DNA from: an uncultured bacterium
GTDB taxonomy: Bacteria > Chloroflexota > UBA5177 > JANWHV01
Assembly: GCA_963729625.1 (NCBI GenBank)
Contig: CAVSOU010000008.1
Location: 320,001 to 384,000 of the forward strand
Length of the DNA: 64,000 nt
Reading direction: 5' to 3'
Shown in pieces: positions 33,001 through 41,417 of this stretch. The translations under genes and the position numbers were made by a program. Under the pieces are notes generated by a model that did no database searches, was not told where the DNA came from, and was given only the letters and a program-made list of their open reading frames with translations. Each line of letters begins with the position of its first letter. Within the stretch, counting starts at the first letter, position 1.

Positions 33001-34147
33001 TCGGATCGGTGCTCAAGATCCCGAGCGAATGATGGAGGTCGGGCATCAAGCGCTTCGCCTCGTCCAGGAAGGTCGGCAGCAGCGAATGTCCGGTCGCGGC
33101 AATCGGCGCCTGCCGCTGCGCCTTCGGCGCGGCGGCCCATGCGCTGGGCAGGGGAATCTTGGCGGCGAGCGACTCCTCATCGATCACCACACCGGCCTGA
33201 GCCGCGGCCTTCCGCTGCATCGCCCCCAGCCGCTTGAGCAGGGCCACCTCGTTGTCAAGCGGGCGGCGAATCTCAAGCCGCCGCACTATGGCGGTAGCGA
33301 CCTCATTCAGCAGGCTGAACGCGCCGGCAGGCAGCCCCGGAGCAGGCTGCGAGGGATCGTAGTCGTCGCCGAGCAGGTAGTCGATAATATCCTCTGCGGC
33401 TTCCGAGAGCACGGCGAGCCCCTCGAGCTCCTCGGCAACCTCTGGCGGCGCGGAGACTTCCGTCATGCGGGCATCGCCCTTGATTGTATGGAATCCACGG
33501 CGGACCGTCAGCATGCAATCCATCGACTGCTGGTTACCCCAGAAGTTCTGCAGGGCAACTGGCAGCTCCTTGCTGGCACGAGTCTTGGCATCGCGACGGA
33601 AGAGCGTCTCGAGATCTTCCTCTTCCTCAGGCTGCGCGGCCTGGCCCGCTATGCCCACGGCGACCGGCGCCTCATCGTCGAAGCCAACGCTCGTAAGTGT
33701 GCCGACGAGTCCGAACGCTTTAGCTTCCTCCAGCGTCATGCCGAGCGCGGCGGCGATGGCTGCCGCGTCGTCTTCGCGCGGCTTTATGCCCAGGTATTCA
33801 TCCTCGATGTCGCCCACGTCGCTCGCGCTCGGCTCGCCCTCGGAAGCGGCTGCGAGCAGGGCAATACCCCGGCGCTGCAGATCGAGCACCTTGCCGCGGA
33901 GCGTCGCGTGCTCGTGCCATACGCACATGTCGCCCAGGACTCGGCACAATTGCTCGCCCTGGCGTTGATCGCGGTCCCAATACAGCTCCATGCAGTCGCG
34001 CAGGGCAGCCTCCAGCCGGGCGGCGGCTTTGGCGCGGGGAGTAGCAATATCAGCGCCCTCGTCATCCTCGAAGCTGCCTGGGATGGACGGCGGGGCGGCC
34101 AGCGCCGCGGCAAATGCTTCTTGCAGAACGTCCACAGCACCACTCAT
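30086..34147 (-). CDS. cheA: Hybrid chemosensory histidine kinase (2xHpt-DICT-HATPase-CheW-REC), ChpA/CheA-like
   Basis: FHTIKG and LHTLKG Hpt motifs; HLINNALDHGIE, DDGRG, PGFST, SGRGIGM; C-terminal VVDDS...LDMEMP...KPF. Confidence 0.92.
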   Translation of the reverse strand: MSGAVDVLQEAFAAALAAPPSIPGSFEDDEGADIATPRAKAAARLEAALRDCMELYWDRDQRQGEQLCRVLGDMCVWHEHATLRGKVLDLQRRGIALLAAASEGEPSASDVGDIEDEYLGIKPREDDAAAIAAALGMTLEEAKAFGLVGTLTSVGFDDEAPVAVGIAGQAAQPEEEEDLETLFRRDAKTRASKELPVALQNFWGNQQSMDCMLTVRRGFHTIKGDARMTEVSAPPEVAEELEGLAVLSEAAEDIIDYLLGDDYDPSQPAPGLPAGAFSLLNEVATAIVRRLEIRRPLDNEVALLKRLGAMQRKAAAQAGVVIDEESLAAKIPLPSAWAAAPKAQRQAPIAATGHSLLPTFLDEAKRLMPDLHHSLGILSTDPTDEASLLVARRKLHTLKGGAALIGAEAADIQMIAHHAEDLFELIEDFQLRGELREVPKDVLDGVLDAEDALQTLLDNLEHVNSGGGSPVQPLLRDPEGLVTHLQEITERVRAGELGRAAVPETAPDESAGTTAAEDAVSDAEPAAGAPVQAAPDATLLQRVVIPSTIPKPLARVVTLRELSFRRLIENSDGAQVRSRTAVIDRVAAVEERARDASGTFSLFIGVQEISQYLEEEARYRELAGDKGQLYIFGALDHVPAPQARIAIVPLAEGDELLRERFAIFESAEHCTAFVAHDTSDNVEGSGRRFLSLAIEDPAALAEIVEQLRTAIRRGGSLQVLRNTALKPLSRLELPVTRRDRGLPVETSPRRLRDFGTDASVRSALTALEDLSVTRDALQSLVSRMSQQRVESRRSGVRLRTLIERVGSELAGLRSELVRTTRRTGDWDLLEKEEFTTVDVLLGQLDEALADLEESDINLRRDLAETTAQVEMQADKALSAQRALLDISMIPLSQIEDRLAHAVRSASRRLHKQVTFALDGGNLVLDGRIAEAVFEPMMHLINNALDHGIEASTASRIAAGKTLAGHLTIRGRSTGDGVAIDVIDDGRGIDADGVAAAALARGLVTADEVATMSVADKIGLIWRPGFSTVSAVTAMSGRGIGMKSAQDAVAALNGHIDVHSVLGQGTTFSIILPRSLAMMRVEVVREGHNLVAIPITQMIATHSVPYAELNSLRPGQSVQAGGKELPVFAVTLADGPAGDGEAGRATLLEVAGRNGAIVVDEVRGSQYLPVRPAPRYLRQHCGLLGYAVGGGGHILPILDLPTLVDRAGALMVEAPKAAAARIAYTILVVDDSQTMRRALRDTLSKAGFTVQEAVDGHDALNFCIRQMPDVITLDMEMPGMDGLEALTALRLLPNGGATVPVFMITSRQQARHRAAALAAGVTRYFTKPFDSDELLSATNLVLAESVGQAREAAS

Positions 34148-34833
34148 GCTGCCGTCCCCCGACTGTAGCTGGCCAGAGTCACGCGAAGTGACTCGGCATA
34201 GCCGTTCTGCGACTGCTGGAAGATACGCAGATCGGCCGTAGCATTCCGCAAGCGGTCGGCCAGCAATCGAAGCTGGTTGGCCATGACGCAGAAAAGCTCT
34301 ACAGGTGCGGAAGCGTCCGCGCTACCTGCTCGGCAGGCAGCGATCTCGATGTTGTTGCCCATCAGCGCCAGGCGGAGACTCAAGGCCGCCAGGGTCTCGC
34401 GAATACCCTCATACTCGCGCTCCAGCGCCTCGCAGTACATGTCGATCCGCTCGCGCAGCCGGACAGAGCCTGGCCGCTCATCTTCAAGGTCGACGACGTC
34501 GAAAATGCGCGTGAGCGGCCGCAGGGCTTGGCTGTCGCGAAGCAGACGCTGCTGTAAGTCAAATACCGTGCGGTTGAGCACGGAGCTTGCTTCGTCGAGC
34601 TGATGGTCGAGCGCTTGCAGCTCGGGGCTGCGAATGTCGGAGCGGATGACGTGGCCACTAAAGTTAAACGTCAGCGACGACAACTCACGTGTCACCCGCT
34701 GAACAGCGCCGATCAGTTGGTCAGCATTGTCCTGGCTGGCCTCGAGCATGCGCTCAAGCAGGTGGTTGACCACCGGATCGGAGGTGTTCGGATCACGTTC
34801 TCCGATCTGCGCGAGCGGCTCCGTGGCGTTCAT
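34144..34833 (-). CDS. Soluble protein with degenerate MCP-signalling hairpin(s)
   Basis: LMGNNIEIAACRAG...FCVMANQLRLLADR resembles [11 protein letters not shown]...[12 protein letters not shown]; translationally coupled on both sides. Confidence 0.65.
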   Translation of the reverse strand: MNATEPLAQIGERDPNTSDPVVNHLLERMLEASQDNADQLIGAVQRVTRELSSLTFNFSGHVIRSDIRSPELQALDHQLDEASSVLNRTVFDLQQRLLRDSQALRPLTRIFDVVDLEDERPGSVRLRERIDMYCEALEREYEGIRETLAALSLRLALMGNNIEIAACRAGSADASAPVELFCVMANQLRLLADRLRNATADLRIFQQSQNGYAESLRVTLASYSRGTAA

Positions 34834-35984
34834 GCCGCGCTTTCCGTGGACATAGCAGGCTTGCTGTCGCTTTCCGGGCCCACCTTGAGATCGGCAACCG
34901 ACTCACGCAGACCGGCTACGACGAGGCGCATGTTTGCAATCTCGTCGCCGGAGGTGATCAACAGCTCGGTGAACTGTTCGAATACCTGGGCGATCTCGCC
35001 AATAGAGCGAGCTGCCTGCTGCGCGGAATATGCCTGCCCGCCGGCCGCCTCCGCCACATCGTCGATGAATTGAACCAGCGACGTGTTGGTCTGGGTGATC
35101 TGGTCGAAGGTCGTGCGCACGGTGCGCACTTCTTCGACACCATGCCGCACTTGCTCGGAAATACGCTCGATACGCCGGTTTACTTCATCGATGGAGGTAA
35201 CTACACTGCGCACCGCGCCTTCCGCGTCGGCAAGCGTGTCCTGCGCTTGGCGGGCGAGACGACCGATGTTCGTAGCAAACGCGGAGCCGGATTCCGTGCC
35301 CAGGTGGCGCGCTTCGAGGGTGGCATTCGCGGCCTGCATGTCGAGGTTTTCCGCGTTGCTCTTGACCGAAGCCACAAGGGCGGTCAGGCGGATAGAGTCC
35401 TCCTGCAGGCGCTTGAACTCCCGCGTTGTGCCGATAGCCGCTTCCTTGATGGCGTCTACTGCTTCGGCGATGCGGCCTACGGATTCCTGTCCCGAGTTCA
35501 CCGCGAGGCGGGAGTTAGCGGCAAGAGTGGTCGCTGTCTCCGTGGCGGACTGCACGTCCACGGCCGAGGCCGCCACCACGTCGACGCTTGCCGCCACTTG
35601 AGCTACCGACTCAGCCTGGCTCGTTGCCACATCCACGATGCGCCGCACGCCTTCGTCTACACGGGCCGCACCTTCCTGAACCGCCTGGGAAGCGTGGATG
35701 ATGCCGCCGACGATTTGGCCGTAGTCGTTGATCAGGCCGTTGAGCGAGAGGGAGAGGAGGCCGACTTCAGATTCGCTGTCGGGCACCTGCACGGTGAGAT
35801 CACCCTCTCGGGCGTTCGCCAGCGCTTGCGACACGGCGACGATGTCTTCGGCCAGTGCTTCGGCCTTTTCGCGTATCTGCGCTTCACTTCGCGCGATGCT
35901 CTCTTCGATTCTCTTGTTGGCGCGCATCCAGATAGCCAACGTGAGAATCACTATGAGAACGATAACGAATATGGTTGTTAACAT
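34830..35984 (-). CDS. Methyl-accepting chemotaxis-like protein (PilJ-like), single TM, no sensor domain
   Basis: N-terminal TM, HAMP 'EGDLTVQVP...EVGLL...LN', heptad signalling domain with a divergent tip. Confidence 0.85.
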   Translation of the reverse strand: MLTTIFVIVLIVILTLAIWMRANKRIEESIARSEAQIREKAEALAEDIVAVSQALANAREGDLTVQVPDSESEVGLLSLSLNGLINDYGQIVGGIIHASQAVQEGAARVDEGVRRIVDVATSQAESVAQVAASVDVVAASAVDVQSATETATTLAANSRLAVNSGQESVGRIAEAVDAIKEAAIGTTREFKRLQEDSIRLTALVASVKSNAENLDMQAANATLEARHLGTESGSAFATNIGRLARQAQDTLADAEGAVRSVVTSIDEVNRRIERISEQVRHGVEEVRTVRTTFDQITQTNTSLVQFIDDVAEAAGGQAYSAQQAARSIGEIAQVFEQFTELLITSGDEIANMRLVVAGLRESVADLKVGPESDSKPAMSTESAA

Positions 35985-36342
35985 CGTCCCTCCAATCGTA
36001 GTATCTGGGTGCGCCGCACGGGCGCGTGCTTCCCCTCGACTCTTCTAACTCCTTGATCGTCGGTGCATTCCCGTGCCTGCGTATGTCTCGCGTGGCCTTT
36101 CAATTGAGCGTCATAGGCTCGAGCGGAAGAGAGACCTTGGGATTCTGGACAACTCAGCGCGAGCACACCAGCAAGTGTCACACCAGGGACGACAGGAGAA
36201 AAAACGCGCATGCGCCCGCGTACCACAGTATAGTTCGCCACCTCTCGCCAGAACATAGCCTAATGGTACCACCACACTATTGTTTCATCAGCGCAAACAG
36301 CGCCAAAAAATGTGCAATATGCGCAAAAATGACTGGTTAGTT

Positions 36343-36909
36343 CTATGCATCAGCCTCGCGTCGGCCGTGCGCCGGCTCATTCCAGGGCCGCTCGGCTCCC
36401 ATATCCCTGAGTACCGCGTTGCACACTTCTTCCATATCGAGCTTGGCCGCTTCTCCATGCGGCGTCTCTACGATGGACGTGACGAATGCGCCAAGCGGGT
36501 GGTTGGTGCTCGGAGTGGTTTGGGCGGCCTGAAGCAGCTCGTAGCCGTAGTCAACCGCGAATGCGAGGCGGTACTCGCCGATCTCCGGTGGTATGGCCTC
36601 GCCAATAACCACCACGCGGCGGCTTTCGGCGATGCTCAGCCCAATGGGACCGCTGCGCAGGCCGAGAAGGCGGGGAAGGTCGATCAGCAGCTCACCGCGC
36701 TGGGCCACATTGATAAGTCCCAGCACGTAGGTGGGCACCAGGCCCTTTGGCAGGGGAGTGATCGTGGGAACGCCACTGATGTATGGGAGCAAGACTGTCC
36801 GGTCATTGTCCGGCACTGCGAAAAGGCTACCGCCCAGTGACACCAGATAGCACCACTCGGAGTCCGCTATTTCCGTTTCCTCATGGCTTACCGGTTTTTC
36901 AGCGATCAT
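36343..36909 (-). CDS. cheW: CheW-like coupling protein
   Basis: ITPLP....YVLGLINV..RGELLIDLPRLLG...LAFAVD. Confidence 0.85.
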   Translation of the reverse strand: MIAEKPVSHEETEIADSEWCYLVSLGGSLFAVPDNDRTVLLPYISGVPTITPLPKGLVPTYVLGLINVAQRGELLIDLPRLLGLRSGPIGLSIAESRRVVVIGEAIPPEIGEYRLAFAVDYGYELLQAAQTTPSTNHPLGAFVTSIVETPHGEAAKLDMEEVCNAVLRDMGAERPWNEPAHGRREADA

Positions 36910-37349
36910 GCTTGCTCTCCTGTTTGATTCGCGTTTGCCACTGGAATGGTGGTGCCACAACCCCTAGCCACGAATTCAGCTGCTGCTGGATCCTGCCACG
37001 ATCAATGCAAATCTCGGTGTCCGGATTGTATCCGCCCGATCGGAACCGGCCCGCCCTCCGCGAGCATAGCCGCATGCTTGTTGCACGCGCTATCCAGCCC
37101 CGGCCAGGCGCCCAGGATGGGTCTCATTCTAGCCCCATAGAGCCGTGTGCTATACGGCCCGATAGTACCAGGGCGCTCCGGCTTCCCGCGCGACATGCGG
37201 CGCAATCGATGCGGGAAGGGTTCCACATAGCCATATTATCTACTACCTCGCCTGCGAACGCGATCGACAAGTGTGGACACGACCCTTGAGTTCCGCTCTA
37301 CATATGCTTATCGGCAGGGACACCTGACAGCAATAGGGCAGAATTGCCC

Positions 37350-39017
37350 CTAGCCCGGCAATCCGAGCAGTTCGCGGAAGGACTGCACCAGGCCTTGCCA
37401 GCCGATCCTCCGCCCCTGCAGCCAGTCGCGCAGTCCGCAGCACTCGCACACCGGTCTGAGTCGCTCCGGGCTTTGCTTATAGTCGTGCACTTCGAATTCG
37501 TGGCCGCACCAAGCGCACTTGCAGAGGCGCCGCCGGCTCCAATCCTTGGCGCTACAGCGATAGCATTGTTGCGGCACACTGTCACCCACTGCTTTGCTTG
37601 TCAACCAGCGATGCCCGCAGCGCCGGCAATAGCAGGTGCGCCCGGCGCCGACCTTGACATCCCAGATGACGATCTGATGGTTGGTCAGCAGTTCCTGTCT
37701 GAGCGTCAGGTCGAGGTGAACCGACTCGGTAGCAGGCACCACTTGTTGCGCGTCGGTTCCCAGGTCGCGAAGCCGCTTGAGCCGCGTGCCGAGCTGGGAG
37801 ATAGTCACGAGTGGCGTCACCACCGGTAGGCGACGGAGTAGCTGCTGCGCCTCGGCGGTGGTCTGGCCGGTAAGCGGCGCCAGCTCGTTCGCCAGGGTGG
37901 CCAGGTCGGCCCCGCGTCGAACGCGCGTGATCACGATCACCAGTGTTCCAGGCATGAGCATGGTCGTTGCAGCCGATTGCTTCGTGCCGTTCATCTGCGT
38001 AGCCGTAGTCTGTGCCGGATCGGCCGCGGCAGTGTTCCTGGGCGAGCTGCCTGCCGCCGGCCGCGGCCGGACGGGCCGTGGCTTTCCCTGGAGCGCCGCC
38101 TCGAACTCGGGCACATCGGCAAAGCGCTTGGTACGATCGGGATCCAATCCCCTGACAATGATCTGCTCCAGCTCGGGCGAGACTGCCGGATTGAGGCTTC
38201 GCGCGGACGGGAACTGGAATGGAGGCTGCCGTGAGGGATCGCGCAGCGTCAGCAGGTGGTGCATCGTAGCCGCCAGCGAATAGATGTCGGATCGAGCGTC
38301 GGTCTGCCCGGTGTAGTGCTCCGGCGACGCGTAGCCGCTCGTGCCCAGTGCAGTCGTGTCGGTGGTCTGGCTGTGCTTGAAAAAGCGCGCGATGCCGAAG
38401 TCGATCAGCCGCATACGGCCGCCGGGCTCCACGAGTATATTGCCGGGCTTGAGATCGCGGAAGATAATCGGAGGCTGCTGATCGTGCAGGTAACGCAGAA
38501 CCGCGCACAGCGCCAGAGCCCAGGTGCGGACCTGCGCCTCCGAATAGGGCTCGGAGCGCGCCGCCACTGCTTTCTCCAGGTTCTCTCCCGCGATGTACTC
38601 CATGACAAGGTAGTGGCGGCTGTTGGCGCTGAAGCGATCGAACACCGCGGGAATAGCCGGGTGGCGGAGGCCCGCCAGCAGATCCGCCTCGCGCAAAAAG
38701 TCGCGCTCGGCCTCGGCGCGTTCCTCGGGTGTGGCGAAGGTATCGACCATCTCTTTCACGGCGACCACGCGGTTGGAGAAGTGGGTGTCGAAGGCCCGAT
38801 AGACCGTGCTCATGCCGCCGCGGCCAAGCACGTGGTCCACTGCGTACCGCTCGCCGAGGACGAGGCCGCCGCTGGTCACCGGCGCGCCCGGCACAACCTT
38901 ACTCGGCGGTCGCACCGGCGCCGCAGGCACGGGCCCGCCCAGACGTGCACCGCAGACCAGGCAATAACGATGATTACCCGATACAGTGGCTCCACAGTGG
39001 CCACAGGTGCTCTGCAT
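37350..39017 (-). CDS. Hanks-type Ser/Thr protein kinase with N-terminal zinc ribbon and C-terminal CxxC ribbons
   Basis: GRGGMSTVY, VAVKE, FRDLKPGN, DFG, GYASPE; CGHCG..CLVCG; CRRC/CYRC/CAWC/CECC; no TM. Confidence 0.93.
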   Translation of the reverse strand: MQSTCGHCGATVSGNHRYCLVCGARLGGPVPAAPVRPPSKVVPGAPVTSGGLVLGERYAVDHVLGRGGMSTVYRAFDTHFSNRVVAVKEMVDTFATPEERAEAERDFLREADLLAGLRHPAIPAVFDRFSANSRHYLVMEYIAGENLEKAVAARSEPYSEAQVRTWALALCAVLRYLHDQQPPIIFRDLKPGNILVEPGGRMRLIDFGIARFFKHSQTTDTTALGTSGYASPEHYTGQTDARSDIYSLAATMHHLLTLRDPSRQPPFQFPSARSLNPAVSPELEQIIVRGLDPDRTKRFADVPEFEAALQGKPRPVRPRPAAGSSPRNTAAADPAQTTATQMNGTKQSAATTMLMPGTLVIVITRVRRGADLATLANELAPLTGQTTAEAQQLLRRLPVVTPLVTISQLGTRLKRLRDLGTDAQQVVPATESVHLDLTLRQELLTNHQIVIWDVKVGAGRTCYCRRCGHRWLTSKAVGDSVPQQCYRCSAKDWSRRRLCKCAWCGHEFEVHDYKQSPERLRPVCECCGLRDWLQGRRIGWQGLVQSFRELLGLPG

Positions 39018-39436
39018 GGTTTCGTCGTGCCTCGATCAGCAGATGATGCTCCGCCGGGTCAGCCCGGCGGCTTCTGGACTCGATTCTCAGCATACAGCGT
39101 AAGGTAGGACCGGTGCGCCGAAAACGACGAGCGGCGGCGAAGCGCAGATCGAGCCCAGAGGCAAGGGTTCGTCTCGATCGCGACCGCCGGCGCGATCGAG
39201 CCTGGAGCTATCGAGGCTACGTGTTCGCCCCGCGGACCGCGGCGAGTACCTGGCGTCACATACGTGTCGGCCCTTCCAGGCCGCATCGTCAGGGCGAGGC
39301 GCTGGCCGGTTCTGTTCTCTGCTCACCAGCCCCGGAGCCAGCATGCCCGCTTTGTGCTTTCCTGGCTCACCTGTTGAGAATCAGGCAGAAAGCGGCACCG
39401 TGTGTCTGTGCGCGAAGCTTCACCCGCTCGCGACCG

Positions 39437-39751
39437 TCATGGGCTGGCAAGAGGCAAGCGCCGGCTATGGCGAATGTGAAGCACATACACTGAATCGCCG
39501 TCGATAGTGAACAGAATCCGATACACATGAGGCTTGCGCCCATACAGCAACTGCCGCACCTCGAAAGGAAACCGCGCATTCTCGGGGGCTAGGGGGCAGC
39601 GTTCAGGCAGCTCGGCGAGGGTGTCAATCGCCTTCTCCAAGGCCAAGAACCATCGGAGGCCGGTTTCGCCTGCACCTTGAGCTAACAGCCATTCCAGTAT
39701 TGCGCCCGCGTCGCGCTCGGCTTCGGCCGAAGTCTCAACCCGAAAGGGCAT
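39437..39751 (-). CDS. Type II TA toxin, RelE/ParE family
   Basis: AERD...I..L...PERCP....R.L.......YRILFTI....VYVLHIRH. Confidence 0.9.
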   Translation of the reverse strand: MPFRVETSAEAERDAGAILEWLLAQGAGETGLRWFLALEKAIDTLAELPERCPLAPENARFPFEVRQLLYGRKPHVYRILFTIDGDSVYVLHIRHSRRLPLASP

Positions 39752-39980
39752 GCTTCTGTCGAAGCTCGGCAAGAAACTCGGCAGCGGGCCTGGTGCGTCC
39801 GGCTTTGACATCCGCATAGCCGCTGCGGATACCTTGCAGCGCCTCTTCGAAATCCTGCCGCTCCCATTCCAGGTAAGTGGCCAGCGCTTCATCAAGGGCG
39901 GAAGCAGGGTCTTGTCCGCGCCGCTGGGCGTATTCCTCCAATTGTGCCAGGCGTTCCGGTGTGAGGGGGATCGCATTCAT
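39735..39980 (-). CDS. Cognate antitoxin (RHH/ParD-like)
   Basis: Small gene overlapping the toxin start; 'IRSGYADVKAGRTRPAAEFL'. Confidence 0.85.
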   Translation of the reverse strand: MNAIPLTPERLAQLEEYAQRRGQDPASALDEALATYLEWERQDFEEALQGIRSGYADVKAGRTRPAAEFLAELRQKHALSG

Positions 39981-40388
39981 AGCTGGCGCCTCGCCTTTCC
40001 TACCTCTTATCGTATTGGGGTGAGGCCGCAAGGTCAAAGACTATGTGCGCACTGGTGGCTGGGCAGCTTGGCAGCCCGCGACGCCAGCGGTACCTGCAGC
40101 CTCGCCTGGTCCGCCTGCCACAGGGCATTTTCCCGCTGCCGCCGGGCGAGGGCGGCCGGGCGCCGGGCGTGCAGCAGCAGTCGATGGTCCTGCGCCGTCA
40201 CATACACGGCAATACGCCGGGTCATGGTAATCCCCGCATCCCGGTGGTAAAGTACTCGCAGTATCGGCTGAGAAGCCGGCTCCATGGTTCATGCTGTGTG
40301 AGCTGATCCACGATTTCCACCTCGCAGCACATTCCGCGGAGTTTGTTCTTGAGACTGTCTGAACACCGTGGGAAGGGATGCCGCAGGC

Positions 40389-40703
40389 ATGGATGTCTTT
40401 GGACTACGCGAGACGGTCGTCAGTCAGTACGCGGATTACATTCGCAGCTTCCTGCGCATCAAAGATCCCGGCATCGATGCCTATGTGACGGAAAACCTGG
40501 ATAGAGGCCGGTACTGGCCGGACCCGCTCGTCCAGCTGAACCCGAGCTTCGAGCCCGGCGACACTGTCGATGACTTGGTCGCACGCGGCGTGCTCGCGGA
40601 GGGCTGTCGCAGGATCTTCCGGCGCAACAAGGATGCCAACGGCTTGGGCGACACGCTACGGCTGCATCGGCTCAGGCAGCCTAATTCCCGTGCTTTCTTG
40701 TGA
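40389..40703 (+). pseudogene. N-terminal fragment of a large DEAD/DEAH (DUF1998-type) helicase
   Basis: MDVF.LR..VV..Y..YIRSF...WPDPLVQLNPSF...LRLHR, truncated before Walker A. Confidence 0.75.
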
Positions 40704-40711
40704 CTACGTGC

Positions 40712-41101
40712 TTAGTCTATACCGCCTGGGACATGCAGCCCTTGGCCCGCGACCTGGATTATGAGGGACCGCCTTTCGACTGGGACGAGAGGCGCCGCGG
40801 GCTCCTGCGGTCAGAGCTCGACGCATACTACGCCCGACTCTATGGCCTGACGCGGAAGCAGCTGCGGTATGTTCTGGACCCGCACGACCTGACGGATCGC
40901 GAACTGGCCGACATCTTGGACCCTTGGGAGGACGACCCCGAAGCCCCGCGCACCAAAGGCTTCCCTGGCGAGACGTTCAGGGTGCTCAAGCAACGCGAGC
41001 TACGTGAGCAACGCGAATACCGAACGAAGCGGTTGGTTCTGGAGGCGTGGGATCGGCTGGCTGCGCTCTCTATGTCTCGTGCATGGGGCCTTTGTACCTA
41101 G
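40712..41101 (+). pseudogene. C-terminal fragment of an Eco57I-like (type IIG) RM methyltransferase
   Basis: LVYTAWDMQPLARDL.YEGPPF.WDE.RR..LRSELDAYYARLYGL...FPGETFRVLK..E....EYRTKRLVLEAWD. Confidence 0.8.
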
Positions 41102-41240
41102 AAGCCTGCCGGCCGCGTTCTACTGCTCCCTGCGCAGCCCGGCACACGTAGAGGACACGCTGCTACTCGCGATCAACGCCCACCATGATGCCGACACCGT
41201 GGCCTCGATGGCCAGTACGTTGGCCGGCGCGCTCGGGCCG
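41085..41240 (+). pseudogene. Fragment of an ADP-ribosylglycohydrolase
   Basis: SLPAAFYC.L......TLLLAIN...DADTVASMASTLAGA matches the DxDT motif. Confidence 0.6.
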
Positions 41241-41417
41241 ATCATGTCGCAGAAGGATGATTCTACGTCGAGTGTTCTGCGACAAGCGGCTTCGGTAGGG
41301 CCTGAGATCGCTGAGGAAGCCTCTGTCACATAGCTCTGTAGGCCCGGTATTTCACCGGTCGTGCTCATAATCATGGCACAGTCTGTTATTCTCATTTCTA
41401 GACTTTGCCCAAGTACA

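Noticed and set aside
32762-34168. Long antisense ORFs (this one, 30215-31729, 51119-52450, 13338-14669, 29-946 and similar)
   Set aside because: Shadows of real genes in GC-rich DNA; no motifs or RBS
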